DNA of 64,000 bases, taken from an uncultured Chloroflexia bacterium. Lineage in GTDB: Bacteria; Chloroflexota; Limnocylindria; Limnocylindrales; CSP1-4. This document shows positions 39,450 to 47,933 of the stretch, piece by piece (the first letter of the stretch is position 1; each line of letters starts with the position of its first letter). The stretch is from contig CAWEHW010000004.1 in NCBI GenBank assembly GCA_963809045.1, positions 226,272 through 290,271 of the forward strand, written 5' to 3'. The notes below the pieces were generated by a model. The model did no database searches. It saw only the letters and a program-made list of their open reading frames with translations, and was not told where the DNA came from. Position numbers and translations under genes: made by a program.

Positions 39450-39899
39450 TCAGCGTGGCCGCCCCTCGCGCAGGGCATCGATCGACTTGGCGATCCGACG
39501 CTGACGCGTCTCGTCCGTCTTCGCGCCATCGATCTGGTAGGTGTGCCAGCTCTGGTTGCTGTACGACAGGGCGTCGAAGGTGCGGCGAGCGGCAGGCTCG
39601 GCGTCGAGCGCCGCCGCCAGGTCGGGTGGCACGTCGATGGTTCGCGGCGCGGTGTCCAGCTCGATATCGACGTCGACCTCGTCGCCGCCCGCCACCCCGG
39701 CACCCGCACGATGCTCGGCACTGACGCCGACCATGAAGTCGCCACCCATGACCGCGATGCTGCTCCGGTAGGTGAAGCCGTTGATGGTCACGGTCACCTT
39801 GGGCCGCTTGCCTGCCCCGAGTGCCTCGACCACCTCCTCCGGAACGCGGATGCCGGTTGCCGTCTTGTCGCTCTGCAGGATCGTGGTGCGGAAACGCAT
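39450..39899 (-). CDS. DUF1905 + YdeI/OmpD-associated protein
   Basis: TGIRVPEEVVEALG...YRSSIAVMGG, VPPDLAAAL, AKTDETRQRRI. Confidence 0.88.
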   Translation of the reverse strand: MRFRTTILQSDKTATGIRVPEEVVEALGAGKRPKVTVTINGFTYRSSIAVMGGDFMVGVSAEHRAGAGVAGGDEVDVDIELDTAPRTIDVPPDLAAALDAEPAARRTFDALSYSNQSWHTYQIDGAKTDETRQRRIAKSIDALREGRPR

Positions 39900-40061
39900 C
39901 GCAGTCATCCTCAACGTGTTGGTCGTGTCCACAATGGCACGCCGGTCGAGGCGTCGCGGCGCAGCCGGCGGACGGCCGCGACGCGGGGTTGATTCAGCGC
40001 TGCAACGCCGCGGGGCTGGCCACCGGCAGGCCCGATCCACACGCGCTGCCATCGTCCGGGG

Positions 40062-41222
40062 GTGGCGATCTTCGGTTCCGTGTTTGCCCTGCTCGGACGA
40101 TTCGCCGGCCGGGTCCTGAATAGCGCGCTCGGCTGGGCCACGCTCCTGCTGTTCGGCAAGGTGGAGGGGCGCAACCAGTCCGTGCTGCTGGTCATCGCCC
40201 TCGGGTCCCTGGTCTGGGTCCTGGCGATCGTCGGGGTGTTGATCCCGGACGTGGGGACGTTCCTCCTGGCATTCGTCCCGGTGCCGGACTTCATCGACGA
40301 GAACGTGGTCAGGCTGGCGATGGTCGGTGTCGTCGTGGTCATCCCGCTGCTCATCGGCGCGGCCGCCCTGTTCATCGCCGATCCCGTGGCACGACCACAG
40401 CGCCTCAACCTTGCCGGTGGGGTGCTGCGCGGTTACCCGTTCACCCTCGTCCTCGCGATCACGATCCTCGTCCTGGGTGCCGTGTCGGTCGTCCGCAAGG
40501 TCCGCAGCCTGGCGAAGCGCTGGGAGGATGCGCACGTGCCCATGATCGTCAAGCCGAACGGGTACGACACGGTCCTCGCCGACCTCGAGGGCGTGCTTCG
40601 ACGGGCTGGCTTGCCGGTGGAGCCGAGGCCGGCGCCGAGTGTCGTGTCGCTGCCGCCCAGGTTGCTCGATGCGGTCGCGGGTCGCGCCCTCGGGGCGCTC
40701 GTGCCGGACAAGCTGATGCTCCTCCACGCCCCGGATGTCGAGGTGCTGGTCTACCCCTCCGATGTTGCGATCAGCGGGTCTCGCGGCGCGGTCGCACGGG
40801 CACGAGCGGCGATCGCCGCTCAGTTGACGAGATCGCCGGCGTACATGACGGCCAGTGCCGAGGCGCAACGGATCGAGGACGAGGTCCAGGCGCTGGCGGA
40901 AGGCTCCGCTCGGCGCGGAGCAGCCGACTGGTCAGCGCTTCGGGAGCGGCTTGCCGACATCGACCGGCGGCTCGTGACCTTGACCGTTCCCTTCGACGAA
41001 TGGGAGACGGTCTATCGCGAGCGTCTTCAGGTGGAACGGGACGCTCTCATTCGCCAGCTCGGGGGAATCGCGGTCGTGGACGAAGGCGCCGGCGAGCTCA
41101 TGCCGGACGCGGCCCGTCCAGGCTCAGTCGAATGGGCCGTCGCCGCCGTCGGACTCGCGCTCCTGGCCGCCGACGTGCTGCTGCTGGTGCGATCGCGATC
41201 AACGACACATCGTCGGCCGTAG
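40062..41222 (+). CDS. Hypothetical multi-pass membrane protein
   Basis: Several hydrophobic segments, a soluble middle domain and a C-terminal TM; CATCGT 6 nt before the GTG. Confidence 0.7.
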   Translation: MAIFGSVFALLGRFAGRVLNSALGWATLLLFGKVEGRNQSVLLVIALGSLVWVLAIVGVLIPDVGTFLLAFVPVPDFIDENVVRLAMVGVVVVIPLLIGAAALFIADPVARPQRLNLAGGVLRGYPFTLVLAITILVLGAVSVVRKVRSLAKRWEDAHVPMIVKPNGYDTVLADLEGVLRRAGLPVEPRPAPSVVSLPPRLLDAVAGRALGALVPDKLMLLHAPDVEVLVYPSDVAISGSRGAVARARAAIAAQLTRSPAYMTASAEAQRIEDEVQALAEGSARRGAADWSALRERLADIDRRLVTLTVPFDEWETVYRERLQVERDALIRQLGGIAVVDEGAGELMPDAARPGSVEWAVAAVGLALLAADVLLLVRSRSTTHRRP

Positions 41223-41708
41223 GCGACGTCCGTCGCTCCAAGCGACTGCCCCGGGCGCCTGGGCCGCCAAGCGAGGGAATAGGTCGATCGGACTGCCGCC
41301 GCTTGCGCTCCTCGCCGTGCGCCGGACATGAAAACGCGCCGTTCGAAGTCTTTACGTCCGAACGACGCTTGAACAATCTGACTGGCGAGAGCCCACCGGG
41401 GCGTCACTGATTTCGCATCGGCCGTTGCATCCACGTTGCAGTCGATCTGGCGTAAAGCAGGCCGCTGGCCGGACTGTTTTGTCAGATTTCCGCCCCACGG
41501 TCGCTAGTCGAGGATTTTCCGCCCAAACCCCGCTCAGAAGCCGCCAGGAGATGGCACGCGAGCGTGAGATCGAGCCGGCAGGCCGGGACCGAAGGGCCAA
41601 GAGGCGACTAGCGATCTCCGGGCGAGAATCGGTCAAATTTCCGTGTCATCCGTTGCCACGTTTCCGTGGGGCGGGAATTTGCCAAGGTTCTCGACGCGCA
41701 ACACAGGC

Positions 41709-41800
41709 TGCAACCGGCTGGCTGAGCACGGAGGTGCAACCGACTGGGCTGGCACGGAGGTGCGACCGACTAGGCTGGCACGGAGGTGCAAACCGACTGG
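41709..41800. repeat. Intergenic 26-bp tandem repeat (about 3.5 copies)
   Basis: tgcaaccggctggctgagcacggagg / tgcaaccgactgggctggcacggagg / tgcgaccgactaggctggcacggagg / tgcaaaccgactgg. Confidence 0.9.
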
Positions 41801-41825
41801 CGGCCGGCCCCGATTTCAAGTCCCG

Positions 41826-42003
41826 GAAATGCCGAAGCGGCTCCCGAAGGAGCCGCTTCGATGCTGTCCCGGTAAAGGTGCCCGCCAAGGCGAACACTTC
41901 TGCCGCGCGTCAAGAGCATCTATCACGTCGGCTGCACCGACTACCCTGACCCTACCTACCCATGACCTTGTCGCTGGGGCAGCGTGGCTGTTTGAGCAGC
42001 ATC
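41826..42003 (-). ncRNA. Candidate structured small RNA (6S-like architecture, family unassigned)
   Basis: Promoter TTGGAA-17-TAGGAT, end-pairing GAUGCUG/CAGCAUC, nested stems and a UUCG terminator. Confidence 0.6.
41833..41860 (-). terminator. 12-bp stem with UUCG loop
   Basis: CGAAGCGGCTCC-TTCG-GGAGCCGCTTCG followed by GCATTT. Confidence 0.75.
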
Positions 42004-42066
42004 AATATCCTACCTGAGATAGGGCCGTTTTCCAAGGGTTTTGGCACGTCTCAGTGTGTAAATTCC

Positions 42067-42567
42067 TTAACCTTCGTTGTCGTCGTGGACCGTCACAGAC
42101 GTCATGGCGACCGGATCGGAGGGCAGGTCGCGGCTGTCGCGCGGGGCGCCGACGATCTTGTCGACGACGTCCATGCCACGGGTGACCTGCCCGAACAGCG
42201 TGTAGTTCTTGGGCAGCTTGCCGGTCAGGTCCTGGTGGCAGATGAAGAACTGGCTGCCGTTCGTGTTCGGCCCGGCATTGGCCATGGCGAGGGCGCCGCG
42301 GACGTAGTCCCCCTGGACCGTTTCGTCCTCGAACTTGTACCCGGGGCCGCCCGTCCCGACCCGACCTCGCTCCAGCGATCCCTTCTTGCCGTACTGCCCG
42401 TCACCGGCCTGGGCGACGAACCCCGGAATCACCCGATGGAACACGACGTCGTCGTAGAACCCCTTTCGGGCGAGATCGACGAAGTTGCCGGCTGCCTTCG
42501 GGGCGCTCTGGTCGTACAGCTCGATCTCGATATCACCAAGGTCGGTTGTGATGGTGGCGCGGGTCAT
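42067..42567 (-). CDS. Cytoplasmic cyclophilin-type peptidyl-prolyl isomerase
   Basis: FHRVIPGF, GTGGPGYKF, AMANAGPNTNGSQFFI, YTLFGQV. Confidence 0.93.
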   Translation of the reverse strand: MTRATITTDLGDIEIELYDQSAPKAAGNFVDLARKGFYDDVVFHRVIPGFVAQAGDGQYGKKGSLERGRVGTGGPGYKFEDETVQGDYVRGALAMANAGPNTNGSQFFICHQDLTGKLPKNYTLFGQVTRGMDVVDKIVGAPRDSRDLPSDPVAMTSVTVHDDNEG

Positions 42568-42598
42568 CGGCAGACTCCTCCTGGCTGGACGGTTGGGC

Positions 42599-43329
42599 TC
42601 ACGGGTTGCTGACGGTGACCCTGGTCATGACCACGGGGTTCGTCGGCAGCTCGGCATCGGCGGCCGCAGCGATGGCATCGACGGCGTCCATACCGGACGA
42701 CACGGTCCCGACGATCTGGTAGGTGTTGGCTGACGCCAGGGAGGACCGCGCCTCGTCGGACAGGACGATGAAGAACTGGGAGCCGACGGAGTTGGGCAGG
42801 CTGGTCCGGGCCATCGCCACCGTGCCGCGGCTGTAGGCCGCCGTGACCGGTTCGTCCTGGATCTCGTAGCCGGGTCCACCGGTGCCGGTCCCCGTTGGGT
42901 CACCGCCCTGGATCACGAACGTCGGCACGACGCGATGAAAGACCACGCCGTCGTAATAGCCGCACCCGGCCAGAGCGACGAAGTTGCCCGCAGCGATCGG
43001 CGACAGGTCGGCCTCGATCGTGATCGCGATCGGGCCCATGGCCGTGTCGATCGTGACGGTCCGGGTCTCCCCGGCAGGGAGTGGCTCGGGCTGGCTGGTG
43101 GGACAGGCGGCCGGACCGGCCGAGCCCGCGGAAGTCGGCACCGGCGTCGCTCCCCCGGCGCTCGAACAGGCGGCGAGAAGGAGGCAGGCGACGGCCGCGA
43201 GCGCGGGACGGAACCCGGCCGACGCGGCGCGCGACCCGGCCGACGCGGCGCGCGACCCGGCCACGCGGCGCGCGACCCGGCCGACGCGGCGCGCGACCCG
43301 TTCGCTCGGTGACGGACGGCAGGAATCAT
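42599..43329 (-). CDS. Lipoprotein cyclophilin; N-terminal VNTR with a 1-bp frameshift (alternative in-frame GTG at 43264)
   Basis: LLLAAC lipobox, FHRVVPTFVIQGGDP, MARTSLPNSVGSQFFI; the coupled ATG at 43329 is out of frame with the domain. Confidence 0.8.
43213..43300. repeat. 21-bp VNTR, 4 copies (third unit 20 bp)
   Basis: acccggccgacgcggcgcgcg units start at 43213, 43234, 43255 (one g missing) and 43275. Confidence 0.92.
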
Positions 43330-44027
43330 GCGGCGGCCTCCAGGGCTGCGGGGAAATCGATGGCCCCGGAGAACAGGGCTTCTCCGAGGATGACGCCGCT
43401 GACGCCGGTATCGCGAATGCGGCGCAGGCCGTCGAGGTCTCGTACCCCACCGGCCGCGATGAAGTCCGCATCGTACGTCCGAATCAGTTCGCGGGTCCGG
43501 TCCAGGTCGGGTTCGGCACCGCCGTGACTCAACACGAAGCGTGCGACGCCGGCACCGACAAGCTCGCCGACGAGACCGATGAGGGTTGGCGGCGCGCTTC
43601 GCTGCCAGGGGAACGCGGCGAGTCGCTCCGGTCGTGGATCGAGGCCGACCGCAAGCCAGTCCCCAGCCACCTCGAGGCACGCTCGCAGCTCGGCCGGCCG
43701 ATCCGCGATGGCCGTGGTCATCACGATCCGGGTTGCGCCGGCCGCGAAGGCCAGGCGGATCGCATCGGCGGACTCCACGCCGCCGGCCAGCTGTAGTGGC
43801 ACCGCCACCGTGGCGGCAATCGACCCCACCGCCTCGAGATTGGCCGGTGCTGCCAGGCGCGCGCCGTCGAAGTCGACCAAGTGGACGAGCTTCGCGCCCA
43901 ACGCCACGAACCGCTCGGCGATCCGGTCCGGTCGATCCGTGGGAGCGCCGATGCCGGCCGCCGCGCCCGGCCAGTACACGAGGCGCGACCGCCCACCCTC
44001 GAGATCGATCGCCGGGATGACGTGCAC
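43326..44027 (-). CDS. Divergent HisA/HisF-family TIM-barrel protein
   Basis: VIPAIDL, LVHLVDFDGA, PLQLAGGV, IAAGGVRDLD, GVILGEALF. Confidence 0.8.
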   Translation of the reverse strand: MHVIPAIDLEGGRSRLVYWPGAAAGIGAPTDRPDRIAERFVALGAKLVHLVDFDGARLAAPANLEAVGSIAATVAVPLQLAGGVESADAIRLAFAAGATRIVMTTAIADRPAELRACLEVAGDWLAVGLDPRPERLAAFPWQRSAPPTLIGLVGELVGAGVARFVLSHGGAEPDLDRTRELIRTYDADFIAAGGVRDLDGLRRIRDTGVSGVILGEALFSGAIDFPAALEAAA

Positions 44028-44034
44028 GATCGCG

Positions 44035-45717
44035 TCAGGCGCGTTCGGCGAGGAGGCGGCGCTGGAAGCTGATCGGGATCGAGCCGTTCTGCAGCAGGGT
44101 GTCGTGGAAGGCCTTGATGCTGAAGGCATCGCCAAGACGGCGCTGCTCGTCGGCACGGAGACCCAGGAGCAGCGTCCGGCCCAGGAGGTACGACAAGGGA
44201 TAGGTCGGGCGGTACGTGTACCACTGGGCCTCGGCGTGCGCGTTCGGTCGCTCGAAGTTCGTGTGCGCGACGATGAAGTCCGTCGCTTCATCAACCGACA
44301 TCTCGCCCCGGTGCATCCGGACGTCGAGGATGATCCGGCACGCCCGCCAGATCGCGTCCGTGTGCATGATCAGCCGGAAGCGCGGGTCGGCATCGAACCC
44401 GTGCTCGCGCATCATCAGTTCCGAGTACATCCCCCAACCCTCGACGAACTCGGGTGCGTCCGCGAGCAGGCGGGTCAGCGACGGGTGCCGCCGCGCGGTG
44501 TCCAGCTGGAGGTGATGGCCGGGATAGGCCTCGTGGATGCTGGTGTTGCTGATCGAGGCGTAGTTGTGCTCGCGCACCGCATCGGGTTCGCCGTCGACCG
44601 AGGGGGTGACGACGTAAATGCCCTTGGGGTCGGCGTCGAAGGCGGCCGGCGAGAAGTACGCCGCGAACGGCAGGACCTTCCGGAGGTACTCGGGCGTCGC
44701 GACCACGTCGATGCGCTCGTCCTCGGGCACGGTGATCAGGTCGTGGTCGATGAGGTGCTGACGTGACCGCAGCATCGACGAGCGATAGGCCTCGAGCGCT
44801 TCGTCGAAGGTCGTCGGGTGATCGGACTTGACGCGGTCGATGACGACCAATTCCTCGACGTCCGGATCGATCTCGCGCGCCGCCGCCGCCCGGCCGGCGA
44901 GCTCCTCGTGGAGGCGTTCCCAGCCAAGTGCGAGGATCGCGTCGGCGTCGAGGCCATCGAACGCCCGGAGCCCGACCATCGCGTCGTGACGCTCACGGCC
45001 GATCGCCCAGTCGTCGGTCCCGTTTGCCAGCGTGCCCTCGACCCAGCTCGAGTACAGGTCGATCGCGATCTTGGCGGTCTGCGCGGCGCGTTCGAGGCGT
45101 CGCTGGTCCACGGTCTCGAGGACACCGGCCCCCGCCGACACCAGCTCGTCGAGGAACACGGGCAGGTCGGCTGCCGAGTCGACCTCGATCTGCTGCCAGC
45201 GCCGCACCTGGGGCACGGTTGCCCGGGTCTTCGCCTCCTCGAGGTAGGTGCCGACGGCTTCCAGCCGTCCAGCGATCGCAGTGAGACGCTCGGCAAGAGG
45301 CGCGTGGTCACGCGCGAAGAGCAGGAACAGGCTGTCCCCGACATGGTCGATCGCGAACGACCGACGCTCCCAGATCCGGAGGACGTCGGTATCGAAGATC
45401 GTCCGCTGCAGGTTATGGATCTCCAGGTCGCGCTCGAACCGGGCGGTCGTGGACAGGCCGGCCGGGTCGATGGCTTCGATCTCGGTCAGGTGTGCGCGCT
45501 CATCCGCGAGCTCTGTCAGCACCTGCTCGCGGCTGCCGTCGCCCAGCACGTCGTCGTCATCGTGCAGGCCGATGGCCGTCGCGAACACCGGGTTGTCCCG
45601 GACGAGGCGGACAAACCGGTCTTCGACAAGGTCGTAGAGCGCGTCGTCAAGCGGCCCGCGATCGGCGGCGGGCGCCGGTCGTGGCAGGGTACGCGGGACA
45701 AGTGGTTCGGTCGTCAA
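44035..45717 (-). CDS. DUF885 family protein
   Basis: HEAYPGHHLQ, FVEGWGMYSE, WRACRIILDVRMH, FHDTLLQNGSIP; TTG start with GGAGG. Confidence 0.88.
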   Translation of the reverse strand: MTTEPLVPRTLPRPAPAADRGPLDDALYDLVEDRFVRLVRDNPVFATAIGLHDDDDVLGDGSREQVLTELADERAHLTEIEAIDPAGLSTTARFERDLEIHNLQRTIFDTDVLRIWERRSFAIDHVGDSLFLLFARDHAPLAERLTAIAGRLEAVGTYLEEAKTRATVPQVRRWQQIEVDSAADLPVFLDELVSAGAGVLETVDQRRLERAAQTAKIAIDLYSSWVEGTLANGTDDWAIGRERHDAMVGLRAFDGLDADAILALGWERLHEELAGRAAAAREIDPDVEELVVIDRVKSDHPTTFDEALEAYRSSMLRSRQHLIDHDLITVPEDERIDVVATPEYLRKVLPFAAYFSPAAFDADPKGIYVVTPSVDGEPDAVREHNYASISNTSIHEAYPGHHLQLDTARRHPSLTRLLADAPEFVEGWGMYSELMMREHGFDADPRFRLIMHTDAIWRACRIILDVRMHRGEMSVDEATDFIVAHTNFERPNAHAEAQWYTYRPTYPLSYLLGRTLLLGLRADEQRRLGDAFSIKAFHDTLLQNGSIPISFQRRLLAERA

Positions 45718-45739
45718 AGGACCTCCGGAGCGCGCCGAA

Positions 45740-46864
45740 TCAGGCGCTGGCGACCAGTGACCCGCTCTCGACGGGCTGTGGGCTCGTGTCGGCAAGAGCC
45801 GCCCGCGTGGCGTCGATCGTCGTCTCGATGTCATCCACGGTGATGCCGTAGTGCGTCACCGCACGAACCTGGCCGTGGGGATATTCGACCATCAGCACGT
45901 TGCGTGCCCGGAGCGCGTCGAGGAACGCTGCGCGATCACGCGCGACCTTGAACAGCACGAAGTTCGTGCGGACCCGGGCGGGATCGAGCGGTCCGGTGCC
46001 TGGCTGGGCCGTCCCACCGGCAGATCCGATCCCGTCCAGTTCGCTGAGCGCCTCCGCGAGCCTGCGTGCGTTGGCGTGGTCCTCGGCGAGGCGTTCGATC
46101 GTGCCATCCGGGCCGTCGGACAAGGCGACCAGGCCCGCAGCGGCGAGGATTCCCACCTGGCGCATGCCACCGCCGACCATCTTTCGTGCGCGACGCGCAC
46201 GCCAGATGAGATCGCGCGGACCAACCACGAGCGAGCCGACCGGACAGGCCAGCCCCTTCGAGAGGCAGAACGTCACGGTGTCGGCCGGCGCGGCAAGGTC
46301 CGTGGCGCGAACGCCGAGCGCCACGACGGCGTTCCAGAACCGGGCGCCGTCGATATGCAGCGGGACGCCATGCGCGCGGGCGATGGCGGCGACCTCGCGC
46401 GTGTACTCGAGCGTCAGTGGCTGCCCCATCGAGTGGGCATGCGTGTTCTCGATGGTGACGAGCCCGCTGATCGGCTCGTGCGCATCGTCAGGATCGCGGA
46501 AGGCTGCGTCGATCGCCGCGGGATCCATGGTCCCGTCCGGGCGGTCCTCGAGCGAGCGGATGCTGGTGCCGACGATGACCGCATGCCCGGCAGCTTCGTC
46601 GAGGACGACGTGGTGCTCGCGCCCGGCGATCGTCTCCTGCCCCCGGTTGAGGTGCGCGAGCTGGGCGACCAGGTTGCCCATCGTGCCCGAGGCCACGAAG
46701 AGACCGGCTTCCTTGCCGAGCAGCTCGGCCGCGCGTTCCTCGAGCGCGATCACGGTCGGGTCGTCGCCGAAGACATCGTCGCCAACCTCGGCGTCGGCCA
46801 TGGCCCGACGCATCCGTGGCGTGGGCCTGGTGACGGTATCGCTCCGCAGATCGATCAGTGACAT
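45740..46864 (-). CDS. ltaE: Low-specificity L-threonine aldolase
   Basis: [45 protein letters not shown]. Confidence 0.92.
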   Translation of the reverse strand: MSLIDLRSDTVTRPTPRMRRAMADAEVGDDVFGDDPTVIALEERAAELLGKEAGLFVASGTMGNLVAQLAHLNRGQETIAGREHHVVLDEAAGHAVIVGTSIRSLEDRPDGTMDPAAIDAAFRDPDDAHEPISGLVTIENTHAHSMGQPLTLEYTREVAAIARAHGVPLHIDGARFWNAVVALGVRATDLAAPADTVTFCLSKGLACPVGSLVVGPRDLIWRARRARKMVGGGMRQVGILAAAGLVALSDGPDGTIERLAEDHANARRLAEALSELDGIGSAGGTAQPGTGPLDPARVRTNFVLFKVARDRAAFLDALRARNVLMVEYPHGQVRAVTHYGITVDDIETTIDATRAALADTSPQPVESGSLVASA

Positions 46865-47172
46865 GGGCCGCGAGTATAGGTGAGCGACGTCGTGGATCCG
46901 GTCAGCGGTTGCCCAGCTCGGGCCAGCCGTCCGTGCGTGGTTCTCGCGGCGATGCCCATGGGATGCATCAGTCGCGGGGGGACGCGCCGGCCGCGCCCCA
47001 ACCGGCCCGCGACCGGCCCGCGACACCCGCGACCGCCCCGCGGGTGTTCGATGCATTCGGTTTGCATCGACGAAGGGCGAACGCGTCCGATCAGCAGTTT
47101 CGGAGAAGCCACATCCGGGACCGGTCCGTAGCATGGGTGGCCACCGATCCAGCACTGCAAGGGAGAAGAATC

Positions 47173-47649
47173 GTGCCCGACACACAGAAGACGGCCAAGA
47201 GCTCCGGCGCCGGCACCAAGACGTCCAAGGTCTTCTCCGCTGAGGAGCGCGCCGCGATCCAGGAGCGTGCCCGTGAGATGAAGGCAGCCGGGCGCAGTGG
47301 CGCAAAGGCCGGCAAGGTCGACGACGAGGCCGCCGCCCTCGCGAAGATCGCCGAGATGCCTGCGGCGGATCGCGCCCTGGCCGAGCGGATCCACGCCATC
47401 GTCAAGGCCGCCGCGCCCAGCCTCGCCCCCAAGACCTGGTATGGCATGCCGGCCTACGCCAAGGACGGCAAGCTCGTCTGCTTCTTCACGCCCGCCGTCA
47501 AGTTCAAGTCGCGCTATGCGACGTTCGGCTTCGAAGAGAACGCGAACCTCGATGACGGGACGATGTGGCCGACCTCGTGGGCGATCACCAAGTTGACCGC
47601 CGCCGACGAGAAGCGGATCACGGAGCTCGTGAAGAAGGCGGTCAGCTGA
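47173..47649 (+). CDS. DUF1801/YdhG-like protein
   Basis: [39 protein letters not shown]. Confidence 0.85.
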   Translation: MPDTQKTAKSSGAGTKTSKVFSAEERAAIQERAREMKAAGRSGAKAGKVDDEAAALAKIAEMPAADRALAERIHAIVKAAAPSLAPKTWYGMPAYAKDGKLVCFFTPAVKFKSRYATFGFEENANLDDGTMWPTSWAITKLTAADEKRITELVKKAVS

Positions 47650-47755
47650 AGGCGGCGGTCAGCTGACGACCGCGCCGGCGATCCACCTCGTCCTGGGCAC
47701 CTCCTTCGGGCGACAAGCCGAGGCGCCTCTGGTATGCTCCGCCATCGCCACAACT

Positions 47756-47832
47756 GGACCCGTGGTGTAGCGGCCCAACATGCCAGCCTGTCACGCTGGA
47801 GATCGCCGGTTCGAATCCGGTCGGGTCCGCCA
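47756..47832 (+). tRNA. tRNA-Asp(GTC)
   Basis: GGACCCG...CTGTCAC...GGTTCGAATCC...CGGGTCCGCCA; canonical 77-nt cloverleaf. Confidence 0.97.
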
Positions 47833-47848
47833 CAGACCGCTTTTTCCT

Positions 47849-47879
47849 ACGCCCCGTCCGCCCGCCCGGACGGGGCGTT
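47849..47879 (+). terminator. GC-rich hairpin after tRNA-Asp
   Basis: acgccccgtccg-cccgcc-cggacggggcgt. Confidence 0.65.
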
Positions 47880-47933
47880 CCTCGTTCCCGTGACCGTCGA
47901 TCCGGCCTTCAGACCCTCTGGCACAATCTCGAG

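Noticed and set aside
41709-41800. CRISPR array interpretation of the 26-bp repeats
   Set aside because: Units are contiguous with no unique spacers, and there are no cas genes in the window.
41952-42002. 16-codon ORF MLLKQPRCPSDKVMGR inside the ncRNA candidate (minus strand)
   Set aside because: The ATG is only 4 nt from the -10, whereas leaderless genes here use 6-8 nt, and it lies in the closing stem.
47637-47666. 13-bp direct repeat ggcggtcagctga at the end of the DUF1801 gene
   Set aside because: A local micro-duplication enclosing only 4 bp, with no element between the copies.
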